DNA of 64,000 nucleotides from a virus: the IMG/VR virus record IMGVR_UViG_3300027754_000039, positions 32,001 to 96,000 of that record. One strand, written 5' to 3'. Numbering within the stretch: the first letter of the stretch is position 1; the number at the start of each line of letters is the position of its first letter. The position numbers and the translations under genes are program-made. Under the pieces are notes generated by a model. That model made no database searches. It was not told where the DNA came from and saw nothing but the letters and a program-made list of their open reading frames with translations. Positions 1-9,027 of this stretch are shown piece by piece.

Positions 1-212
1 GATTTAATCAATGTATCATTTGCGAAACATTGATAAGCGGCCCATGACCCGAATACTGTAAAAGATAAATAGCCGTCTGGATCATCAAATTTATTTAAGA
101 CTACTGCTTCAAATTTTGAATCAGTGTCAGCTTCATTTAAGTTATGAATAATGTTCCATAAATGATTTTCGTCTTCTGGCAATATGCCTACGTAAAAATT
201 AATTTTTTTCAT
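1..212 (-). CDS. hypothetical protein, partial (runs off window start)
   Basis: ATG at 212 overlaps the upstream gene end; frame MKKINFYVGILPEDENHLWNII... stays open to position 1 (manual translation). Confidence 0.6.
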   Translation of the reverse strand, partial: MKKINFYVGILPEDENHLWNIIHNLNEADTDSKFEAVVLNKFDDPDGYLSFTVFGSWAAYQCFANDTLIK

Positions 213-657
213 TCTTTAATAATTTTGTAACCTCCTTATCAGTCTTACCATACTTTTTTATTATTTCCTTTACCGGATCTAAGCTGGTATCGCTATATAT
301 ATCTAAATACTCTATAGCTTCTTTTTCACTGACTAAGAAGTGCTTTGACAGTAATTCAACCAGGTCTGAGTTATATTTATCTGTCGTCTTTCCTTTGATA
401 TACTTATTATATTGCTTTTGTTTAGGGAGAATATCAGAGTATAGTTTATATACTTCTCTGGCATCTAACCCACCTATAGTATACTTTTGAAATTCATTAA
501 TTAACTCAACAAAGTCCATATTCATAGATAGAAATCTATTTATCATGTATGGACTAAATGACTTACGATCTAATTCACTAAGTGAATCCCACTTAACCTT
601 TTTATCTGTAATACCGGATAAATGATCAAATAGTGTTTTTGCCTTAAGCTCCGACAT
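199..657 (-). CDS. gp62: clamp loader small subunit (T4 gp62-like)
   Basis: FSPYMINRFLSM..D...INE...Y.LY..ILPKQKQYNKYIK pattern typical of gp62-like proteins; next to gp44 and gp45. Confidence 0.7.
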   Translation of the reverse strand: MSELKAKTLFDHLSGITDKKVKWDSLSELDRKSFSPYMINRFLSMNMDFVELINEFQKYTIGGLDAREVYKLYSDILPKQKQYNKYIKGKTTDKYNSDLVELLSKHFLVSEKEAIEYLDIYSDTSLDPVKEIIKKYGKTDKEVTKLLKNEKN

Positions 658-886
658 TTAAATCAAACTCTTTGTTTACATTACCACAAGCCGTACACAT
701 AAATACTTGCACAGGAACTATTTGATCGTCTGCAGTACCTGCTAATAACTTAGGAACTTTCCTAAACTTCATAGCTTGCATAAACATATCATTTTCACAT
801 TCTGCATTGTCACAGATAATTGGAACTGTTTTTGTGATGTCAATCTTCGGACCTTGCTGTCCTTGTTTACCTAAACTCTTTTGCAT
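644..886 (-). CDS. small zinc-ribbon-like hypothetical protein
   Basis: Two Cys pairs, CDNAEC and CTAC; overlaps neighbouring gene. Confidence 0.6.
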   Translation of the reverse strand: MQKSLGKQGQQGPKIDITKTVPIICDNAECENDMFMQAMKFRKVPKLLAGTADDQIVPVQVFMCTACGNVNKEFDLNVGA

Positions 887-889
887 AAT

Positions 890-1177
890 TTAATTTATTT
901 GTTTAGCAATATCTTGCTTTGCTATTTTAATTATTTGATTTTTAGTTTCAATTGAAACTCTACTCCAATTTATCATATCCCATTTATCTTGCATTTCCTG
1001 CTTAGGAGTAGGTTCAGCTTCATCAATCCAAACTTTAGTTTTAAGGTCTTCTAATCGTTTCTCTAAATGAGGTACTTTTGATTTATAAAAAGCTAAATGA
1101 TTTAAATGTTCCATGTTTAACCCTGATTCTTTTTTACGGCTAAACAAATTTTTAATAAAATTTACAATTTGTTTCAT
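890..1177 (-). CDS. hypothetical protein
   Basis: Tightly packed ORF in the operon. Confidence 0.6.
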   Translation of the reverse strand: MKQIVNFIKNLFSRKKESGLNMEHLNHLAFYKSKVPHLEKRLEDLKTKVWIDEAEPTPKQEMQDKWDMINWSRVSIETKNQIIKIAKQDIAKQIN

Positions 1178-2106
1178 TAGTATAATTCGTTTATAATTTT
1201 AATAAACATTGCCATTACATTGATCTCTTTATCAACGGCAAATGAATCTTGATATTGAGCTTCTGCTATGATAAGAATTACTCCAGCTATATGACCAACA
1301 GCAAATGTATCTACATTGTCATACAGATGCCTGTATAATGCAGTGTAGTCTTTTACTTGAGAATCAGCTAGCAACTGGCGAATTGAAGTAAACAACTGTT
1401 TCTTGTCTGGTTTAGAGACTAGCAATTCGATAATCTTGTCTGCATAATTAGCTTCAATTAAAGATTGTTTATCTATTTGTAATTCACCTTTTACTACTTG
1501 CCTCTGACAGGAATTAAGTATCCGTCTTATGTCTGGATATCCTGCATTAATTATTGAAACCAGGTCTTCAGGTTTCGCCGTAACCCCTTCTGTTTGAAGT
1601 ATTGAATTTACTCGAATAGCCACATCTTTCTTTGACGGTGGAGTGATACCAAATACTTGACATCGTGACTGAATAGGATCAATTATCTTTTCAACATAGT
1701 TGCAAGTTAAAATAAACCTAGTAGTCTTTGAAAACGTTTCCATCAAATTTCGAAGAGCTGCTTGAGCGTTTGGGGTCAAGTAGTCGGCTTCATCTAGGAT
1801 GATTAATTTCCATTGACGAAATCCGATTGTGCTAGCAAAGCTTTTAATTTTCTCTCTAACTGTATCTACATTGTTTTCGTCTGATGCATTAATATACATC
1901 AAATCACAATCTATATTTTTTGCTATTAGTTTAGCTAGAGTAGTCTTACCAGTTCCTGCAGTACCATAAAATAACAAATGCGGAACATCACCACTCTCTA
2001 TATAGATTTTTACTTTTTCTATGATAGAAGTATTTCCTACATATCCATCTAATTGCTCCGGTCGATATTTTTCAGTCCAAAGAGTATGTTCGTTATTTCC
2101 GTACAT
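1177..2106 (-). CDS. gp44: clamp loader large subunit (gp44/RFC-like AAA+ ATPase)
   Basis: WTEKYRP N-terminus, Walker A GTAGTGKT, Walker B ILDEAD, SRC motif. Confidence 0.95.
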   Translation of the reverse strand: MYGNNEHTLWTEKYRPEQLDGYVGNTSIIEKVKIYIESGDVPHLLFYGTAGTGKTTLAKLIAKNIDCDLMYINASDENNVDTVREKIKSFASTIGFRQWKLIILDEADYLTPNAQAALRNLMETFSKTTRFILTCNYVEKIIDPIQSRCQVFGITPPSKKDVAIRVNSILQTEGVTAKPEDLVSIINAGYPDIRRILNSCQRQVVKGELQIDKQSLIEANYADKIIELLVSKPDKKQLFTSIRQLLADSQVKDYTALYRHLYDNVDTFAVGHIAGVILIIAEAQYQDSFAVDKEINVMAMFIKIINELY

Positions 2107-2108
2107 TG

Positions 2109-2279
2109 CTATTTAATATTTTGTTTATTTAATGATCTAATTAATTCTTCTACTGTAATAATATTAGAGTATATACTTGACTCCGATTTCACAGCATACA
2201 ATTCATGTAACATAGAATGAAGACTGCGTGCTATTAACACACAATCTTCAACCGTTATTTCTTTTTTCTTTTTTGCCAT
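2109..2279 (-). CDS. small hypothetical protein (56 aa, MAKKKKEITVEDC...)
   Basis: Manual translation; fills the gap between clamp and clamp loader exactly. Confidence 0.55.
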   Translation of the reverse strand: MAKKKKEITVEDCVLIARSLHSMLHELYAVKSESSIYSNIITVEELIRSLNKQNIK

Positions 2280-2281
2280 AA

Positions 2282-2995
2282 TTAAGCAATAGTCAATTTA
2301 ACTAAATAATATGATGAAGAGTATTCAGCATTTTCAAAAGTTACTTTTGCTAATCCTTTAGAAGACACTTCTAACATTCCTGTCGCGTCTGCATTTGCAT
2401 TTAAAATTTCTTTAAACAATTTAGCAGAGAAACATACAGTATCCATTTGCTTAGACTCTTTAGGAGTTGCCTTAAATACAATACGATTGGTATTCACACT
2501 TGAGTGATTGATAATAATTTTAGTTTCTTCCCCATCACATTGAACACCAAAGTTATCAGACTCAGGTAACGCATTAGCTGCTTTCTTAAAGTTATTTGCA
2601 AAGTCTTTATTCAATTCAATCTTAACATCAAAGTCAGGAAGTGATTTTAAATTAGGAACTTGACGAATAACAGATAAGTCTGCTAACATGTAAGTTACAT
2701 TAGTACTTGAATCTTTGAAATTGATAGAATACATTTTCTTTTCTACCTCTCCAAAAGTTACATCTATTTTCTCATCAACTGCTGATAACATCTTAACCAA
2801 TTGAGAAGTTGCATAAACTCCTAACTCAGCATCTGGTGCATCAAAGTTATTAAGAACTACTTCACCAATTACATTCTGATCAGTGCTAATGAATTTAGTA
2901 GTCAGCTTTTTGTCTTCTACTACCAACTTTGCCGAGTCTGTATTACCTGCTAAGAAGTAACGATTCACAAAGCCTATAAATTTTGATTTTTCCAT
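2282..2995 (-). CDS. gp45: DNA sliding clamp (gp45-like)
   Basis: 237 aa two-domain beta-rich protein next to the clamp loader; ends YSSSYYLV as in clamps. Confidence 0.75.
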   Translation of the reverse strand: MEKSKFIGFVNRYFLAGNTDSAKLVVEDKKLTTKFISTDQNVIGEVVLNNFDAPDAELGVYATSQLVKMLSAVDEKIDVTFGEVEKKMYSINFKDSSTNVTYMLADLSVIRQVPNLKSLPDFDVKIELNKDFANNFKKAANALPESDNFGVQCDGEETKIIINHSSVNTNRIVFKATPKESKQMDTVCFSAKLFKEILNANADATGMLEVSSKGLAKVTFENAEYSSSYYLVKLTIA

Positions 2996-3011
2996 TTTAT
3001 TTTATTTTTAT

Positions 3012-3043
3012 TTAATATAAGATATTCTTTTCAAGATGCCAAA

Positions 3044-3044
<1 letters not shown>
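3012..3044 (-). promoter_or_regulatory. Bacteroidota-type early/middle promoter
   Basis: Minus strand ATTTG-N20-TATATTAA upstream of the clamp gene. Confidence 0.65.
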
Positions 3045-4672
<1,628 letters not shown>

Positions 4673-6022
4673 TTATATATTTTCTAATTCACCCCACCCA
4701 CCTAACGCATCTTCAATACGCTGTTGCGGAACTTCTTCTGTTTCTTTTGTTTCATCCACTACTTCTTTCTTTTCTCTTTTCTTAACTACTTTTGGTTCCA
4801 CAAATGAATTAAAGTCGGCAAAGTTAAAAAATTCTTCATGAACTTCTTTTGCAATATTCATTACATTCTCTCCGCCAAATTTAACATAGAATTGTCTATA
4901 TCTTTCATACACTGCAATTGGATCAGAGGATACAAACATTTCTTCCATTGACTTTAAAATTTGTATTAAGTCATTTGGAATTAATTCTGCTAGAACTTCT
5001 AATGGACAAGTATTAACTAACTTCTCTACCTGATCTGCAGTGTATACATACATATACAAATTATGATAAGTTAATCGAGTAACTGCTTCTGTCGAATAAT
5101 TTTTTACTGTATCCCATTTCAAATACTCAACACCTGGATGATTAATTAATGACGGAACGTGTCCTGTAGTTGGATATACAATATTACTTGAATCTTTAGG
5201 AAAGTATAACATATTAAATACTTGATCTTTCCAATTAGGACTCCATACCATTTGCCCAAAGATAGGATACTGACCTGGAGATGAACTATCTGTTGATACA
5301 GTAATTCTATTATTAGTATGTATATTTAATAATTTCTGTAATTGAGATAAAATGAAAAAGTCAGATACTTTTGAAATGCCTAATAAGTGAACCCAAGTAT
5401 TATATTCTTTATCAAACTCTTTTTCTTTAATCATTAAAGCTAGAATATACATAAAGTCTACAAGACGTCTAGATGAACCTATACACCATCCACCAAACTC
5501 CATATCTCTAACAGTCTTATACCAATGAGAAAACTCTACAGGATTAGAACCTTGAACTACATTTAAAAATTTAGTCTTACCAGTTTGTTTCTTTTCAAAA
5601 TATTTAAAATTATCTAAACTGATATCTAAAGACTCTTGGAACCTTCCTTCATAAGTCACGCGTGGCGGAATATCTATATTACAAGCAATGTCTGAATTGT
5701 TTTCTAACCATTCAAAAATTCTATCACGTAATGCCATATCCCATTTCAATGCACCAGTTGCAATTTGGAATCCACCAGAGTCGCCAAATACTAAAGTATC
5801 TTGCAATCCCCAAGTTTGTCTAATGTTATCTTTCTTATAAAGATGACCTGCTGTCATCAAGAAGTATTTATATCTCCACTCCTCAGGAGTACGGTCATCC
5901 CAAAATCTATAAGGGACACCGGGTGCTACTTCCATATCTTTAGTTAGTGGAGAAGCATAAGCTCCACTCGACAAACTAGGGAAATAGCAGAGTTTTTTTG
6001 GACTATTTGATTTTAATATCAT
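4673..6022 (-). CDS. dpdA: tRNA-guanine-transglycosylase-like DNA 7-deazaguanine insertion enzyme (DpdA family)
   Basis: TGT-type motifs GDSGGFQ, NIDIPP, NVVQG, VHLLG, STDSSSP, YHNL; in a phage with folE/queD/queE. Confidence 0.85.
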   Translation of the reverse strand: MILKSNSPKKLCYFPSLSSGAYASPLTKDMEVAPGVPYRFWDDRTPEEWRYKYFLMTAGHLYKKDNIRQTWGLQDTLVFGDSGGFQIATGALKWDMALRDRIFEWLENNSDIACNIDIPPRVTYEGRFQESLDISLDNFKYFEKKQTGKTKFLNVVQGSNPVEFSHWYKTVRDMEFGGWCIGSSRRLVDFMYILALMIKEKEFDKEYNTWVHLLGISKVSDFFILSQLQKLLNIHTNNRITVSTDSSSPGQYPIFGQMVWSPNWKDQVFNMLYFPKDSSNIVYPTTGHVPSLINHPGVEYLKWDTVKNYSTEAVTRLTYHNLYMYVYTADQVEKLVNTCPLEVLAELIPNDLIQILKSMEEMFVSSDPIAVYERYRQFYVKFGGENVMNIAKEVHEEFFNFADFNSFVEPKVVKKREKKEVVDETKETEEVPQQRIEDALGGWGELENI

Positions 6023-6041
6023 AACTTTATTTATTTATACT

Positions 6042-6074
6042 TAAATATAGGAAATTCTTATGTGTCTACCAAAT
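6042..6074 (-). promoter_or_regulatory. Bacteroidota-type promoter for dpdA
   Basis: Minus strand ATTTG-N20-TATATTTA. Confidence 0.65.
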
Positions 6075-6805
6075 TAATTTGAAAACTTTTTACCTTTATT
6101 CCAAGGAATTCTAGGCACATAAGTTCCATTTTTAATTTTTTCTTCTTTATTTCGTTTTCTAGAAGCCATACATTTTTTAACAATTTCAAGGTCTTTCATA
6201 GAATTTATCTTTTTAGATAAAGAATTTTTAATTTTATTTACAGTTTCCAAACTTGGCGAAATGCCTTTATTCCATGCAGTTCTTCCGGTGGGTCGACCCT
6301 TCATATTTTCATAATGTACTAATCGAGCGGGTGTCATAACTTTTTTCTTTCCTTTAGTAGCTTTAGATAGTTTAGCTTTATATTCATCACTTCTCGGATG
6401 CTTTAATCCTAAATTAATATCTCGTAATTTTTGTTTTGTATCTTCCGACATAATTCGGCCAGTCATTTGTTTAGTTAAATAAGGAATCCATTTATCTTTT
6501 GCTTCTTGATACATTCTACTCGACGGAGTGTAATTACTTAGTTTATATCTTAACGCATTTTTTAAATTACACATACGAAAAAATGCATGAGCTAATTTAT
6601 TAGAATCAATATATACTCGTATTAATAGCCAATGGCATATAAAATGCTCACGAGCTGTTAATAAAACTAAATTTTCTTTTTTATTACTGCCTCCTAAACA
6701 TTTAGGTACAATATGGTGCTTTTCATAATACACACTAGTTCCTTTAATTCGATTTTCAGTTCGAGCTTTTTCTATTATTTGATTGTATATTTTTTCGTAA
6801 TTCAT
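6074..6805 (-). CDS. free-standing HNH homing endonuclease (Mob-like) with NUMOD3-type repeats
   Basis: EKHHIVPKCLGGSN..ENLVLLTAREHFICHWLL; MSEDTKQKL, AWNKG and PWNKG motifs. Confidence 0.9.
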   Translation of the reverse strand: MNYEKIYNQIIEKARTENRIKGTSVYYEKHHIVPKCLGGSNKKENLVLLTAREHFICHWLLIRVYIDSNKLAHAFFRMCNLKNALRYKLSNYTPSSRMYQEAKDKWIPYLTKQMTGRIMSEDTKQKLRDINLGLKHPRSDEYKAKLSKATKGKKKVMTPARLVHYENMKGRPTGRTAWNKGISPSLETVNKIKNSLSKKINSMKDLEIVKKCMASRKRNKEEKIKNGTYVPRIPWNKGKKFSN

Positions 6806-6914
6806 AATACCTAGTCATTATTGAATCTTTATTTTTTTGATAGTATTCATCATTCCATCGTTTTCTAGCAGTCTTTTGCTCCTCAACGGTTTGATATTTT
6901 TTCTTTCTACCCAT
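6756..6914 (-). CDS. small basic protein (52 aa, MGRKKKYQTVEEQKTARKRWNDEYY...) overlapping the HNH gene start
   Basis: Manual translation; ATG at 6914, TGA at 6756-6758. Confidence 0.6.
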   Translation of the reverse strand: MGRKKKYQTVEEQKTARKRWNDEYYQKNKDSIMTRYYELRKNIQSNNRKSSN

Positions 6915-6945
6915 TCAATAATAATTATATACTTATGAAAAAAAC

Positions 6946-7950
6946 TTATGAAATAGTACCAAATATTTCTTTAATAATTGGCTCTGAATCGTAAAAGGTT
7001 TCAAATAAATGTGTCTGCTGTTCTTTAATTAAAGGAATATAAAAATCATAATTTTCAATTAGATGTTTTATCTTACCTGTTAAGTCTGGAGCGAATTTAC
7101 TGTAATTGAAAATATTTGCCGTCCATTCAGCTGGATATCTAAAATCTAAAGGAACTAAATCTTTTAACCCTTCAATATCAGGTACCAAAGGTATAGTGCC
7201 TAGCAAAAAACATTCATAAATTTCTTTTCCAATATTTGGAGAGTCGTAAGGAAGAAATGCAACTTTAGCTTTAGCAATTTGATTTAATAATTGATCTCGA
7301 GTTAATGGAAGACGTTCTTGAGCAAATATAACTTTTATATCTTTGTACACTCGTATAAAGTCGTATACAATCTGTTCCTGTAGCGTTGAATACTTATTCC
7401 ATGGAAAGATAACCATGCTTTGTTTAAAGTAACTATCCTTATATAAAGACATATCCAATATTAAATACTCTAATGGAAAAGGCATTACATTTAATCTTTC
7501 AGGAAATACAAATTTAGAAACGTATATACGAAACTGCTCTTTATGAAATTCAGATATAAAAAATGATTTATCTAAACAACGAAAAGATGCCCTTTCATGT
7601 ACCTTTCTCCAATTACGATCATTTAATGGACGATACTCTGAATCTAAATTTAAGTAACACCCACGTGACCAAAAGCCAATCATCTTAACCGGCACTTGAT
7701 AATTTTCTGACCAGTGTCTAACATACACAGTCATTGACGACCAAGCATTAGGAAACACAAATAAATCGTCAGGAGTAATTACTCCATTCTGAAAATGTTG
7801 CTTAATTAATGAAGGGTCCATAATTTCTACAACTTCAAACTCATTAGGCTTTGTAGACTCTACATACCCATGAAGAATAGAAGCTAAATGACTTTCCCAA
7901 GAATTCTCGTCAGTAATAAGTGGGTCTATTACTACATAAACTCTTTTCAT
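6946..7950 (-). CDS. GT-B glycosyltransferase-like protein (GT1), paralogue of 11597-12619, catalytic motif degenerate
   Basis: Aligns by eye with 11597-12619; AKAKVAFLP then PNIGKEIYE in place of E-x7-E. Confidence 0.7.
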   Translation of the reverse strand: MKRVYVVIDPLITDENSWESHLASILHGYVESTKPNEFEVVEIMDPSLIKQHFQNGVITPDDLFVFPNAWSSMTVYVRHWSENYQVPVKMIGFWSRGCYLNLDSEYRPLNDRNWRKVHERASFRCLDKSFFISEFHKEQFRIYVSKFVFPERLNVMPFPLEYLILDMSLYKDSYFKQSMVIFPWNKYSTLQEQIVYDFIRVYKDIKVIFAQERLPLTRDQLLNQIAKAKVAFLPYDSPNIGKEIYECFLLGTIPLVPDIEGLKDLVPLDFRYPAEWTANIFNYSKFAPDLTGKIKHLIENYDFYIPLIKEQQTHLFETFYDSEPIIKEIFGTIS

Positions 7951-8303
7951 AGCTTTTCTACTCTAGCTCCATTTTCCATATCTTCCCAACATTCAACCCA
8001 ATCACATTCAAATCTTTCTAGCAATTCTCTAGATAACATTTCACAAGACTTAGGCCCAAACTCTAAAGTTCTAGATTGATTATCTGAATATTGATTATGT
8101 AAATAATTTAATACATCCCGTTTAAACATAATAAACTCTACATCTCGATCATCGTGATTAACCATTTTAGCTAAAGTAAAATGAAACATATGTCTATGTC
8201 TATCTGCTAAAAATGCAACTTCTGGAAACAACTCTGCTGCTTTTGGGAAGTTGTGCATTCCGTCTACTGCTAGCTTAACTAATACTACCGTCTTTGTTAT
8301 CAT
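7947..8303 (-). CDS. dpdL: T-fold QueD-like protein, putative 7-carboxy-7-deazaguanine decarboxylase (DpdL)
   Basis: LADRHRHMF matches the LxxxHRHxF signature recalled for DpdL; also DRDVEFI, SCEM and EDMENGA. Confidence 0.8.
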   Translation of the reverse strand: MITKTVVLVKLAVDGMHNFPKAAELFPEVAFLADRHRHMFHFTLAKMVNHDDRDVEFIMFKRDVLNYLHNQYSDNQSRTLEFGPKSCEMLSRELLERFECDWVECWEDMENGARVEKL

Positions 8304-8436
8304 GTTTTTCTTTTATTATTTTTAAATTTTCTTCTGCTATCTTAGCAATAATTTCTTTAATTTCAGACATTGAATGCTCATAATCTTTTTCCAACTCAAA
8401 ATTAATTTCGTCTGTTTTAACTTTTAATTTTATCAT
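8275..8436 (-). CDS. small hypothetical protein (53 aa, MIKLKVKTDEINFEL...)
   Basis: Manual translation; ATGA overlap with the ClpP-like gene stop. Confidence 0.5.
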   Translation of the reverse strand: MIKLKVKTDEINFELEKDYEHSMSEIKEIIAKIAEENLKIIKEKHDNKDGSIS

Positions 8437-9017
8437 ACTATTTCATCTATTAGTTTATACTGCAAAGCTTCTTCTGGAGACATATACCAATCAAATTTAA
8501 CTTTTTTACTATCGTCTAATTGCTTTCGCTTCAATGAAGTTTTGCTAATTAAATAATCGTCATACACTTTCATTATTCGTTTAGTCTCTTGAAGATTTTC
8601 ATTCAAGGTAGAAAGCTTTTCATATGGCAATTGATCTAGGCATTCGTGATACATAAAAGTCGATAACTTATGACCAAATCGTTGATGACCTGAAACTAAA
8701 ATTAATAAAGCCATTGACATTGCCGATCCATAACAATATGTATGCACAGGAGTTTTAGATTTTTCTATAACACCAATTAAAGCAAATCCATCATATACCG
8801 AACCTCCCATGCTATTAACAATTAATTTGATAGGAGTTCTTGTATACTCAACTACATTATCTTCATTCTCGTCGTCAATTTCATTAATGTCACAAATGTC
8901 TTGCATTATTTCACTAACCGTTAACTCATCAACCTCTCCACTTAATATAAGTGTTCGTGATAAATTTTCTTTATCTAATCTAGATGTCTTACTTTTTTTC
9001 TGTGCTATTTTATTCAT
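8433..9017 (-). CDS. clpP: ClpP-like serine protease
   Basis: RTLILSGEV, INS-like VNSMGGSV, catalytic Ser in AMSMA, His in FMYHE, W.MSPEEAL.Y.LIDEI. Confidence 0.85.
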   Translation of the reverse strand: MNKIAQKKSKTSRLDKENLSRTLILSGEVDELTVSEIMQDICDINEIDDENEDNVVEYTRTPIKLIVNSMGGSVYDGFALIGVIEKSKTPVHTYCYGSAMSMALLILVSGHQRFGHKLSTFMYHECLDQLPYEKLSTLNENLQETKRIMKVYDDYLISKTSLKRKQLDDSKKVKFDWYMSPEEALQYKLIDEIV

Positions 9018-9027
9018 AACTTAAATT

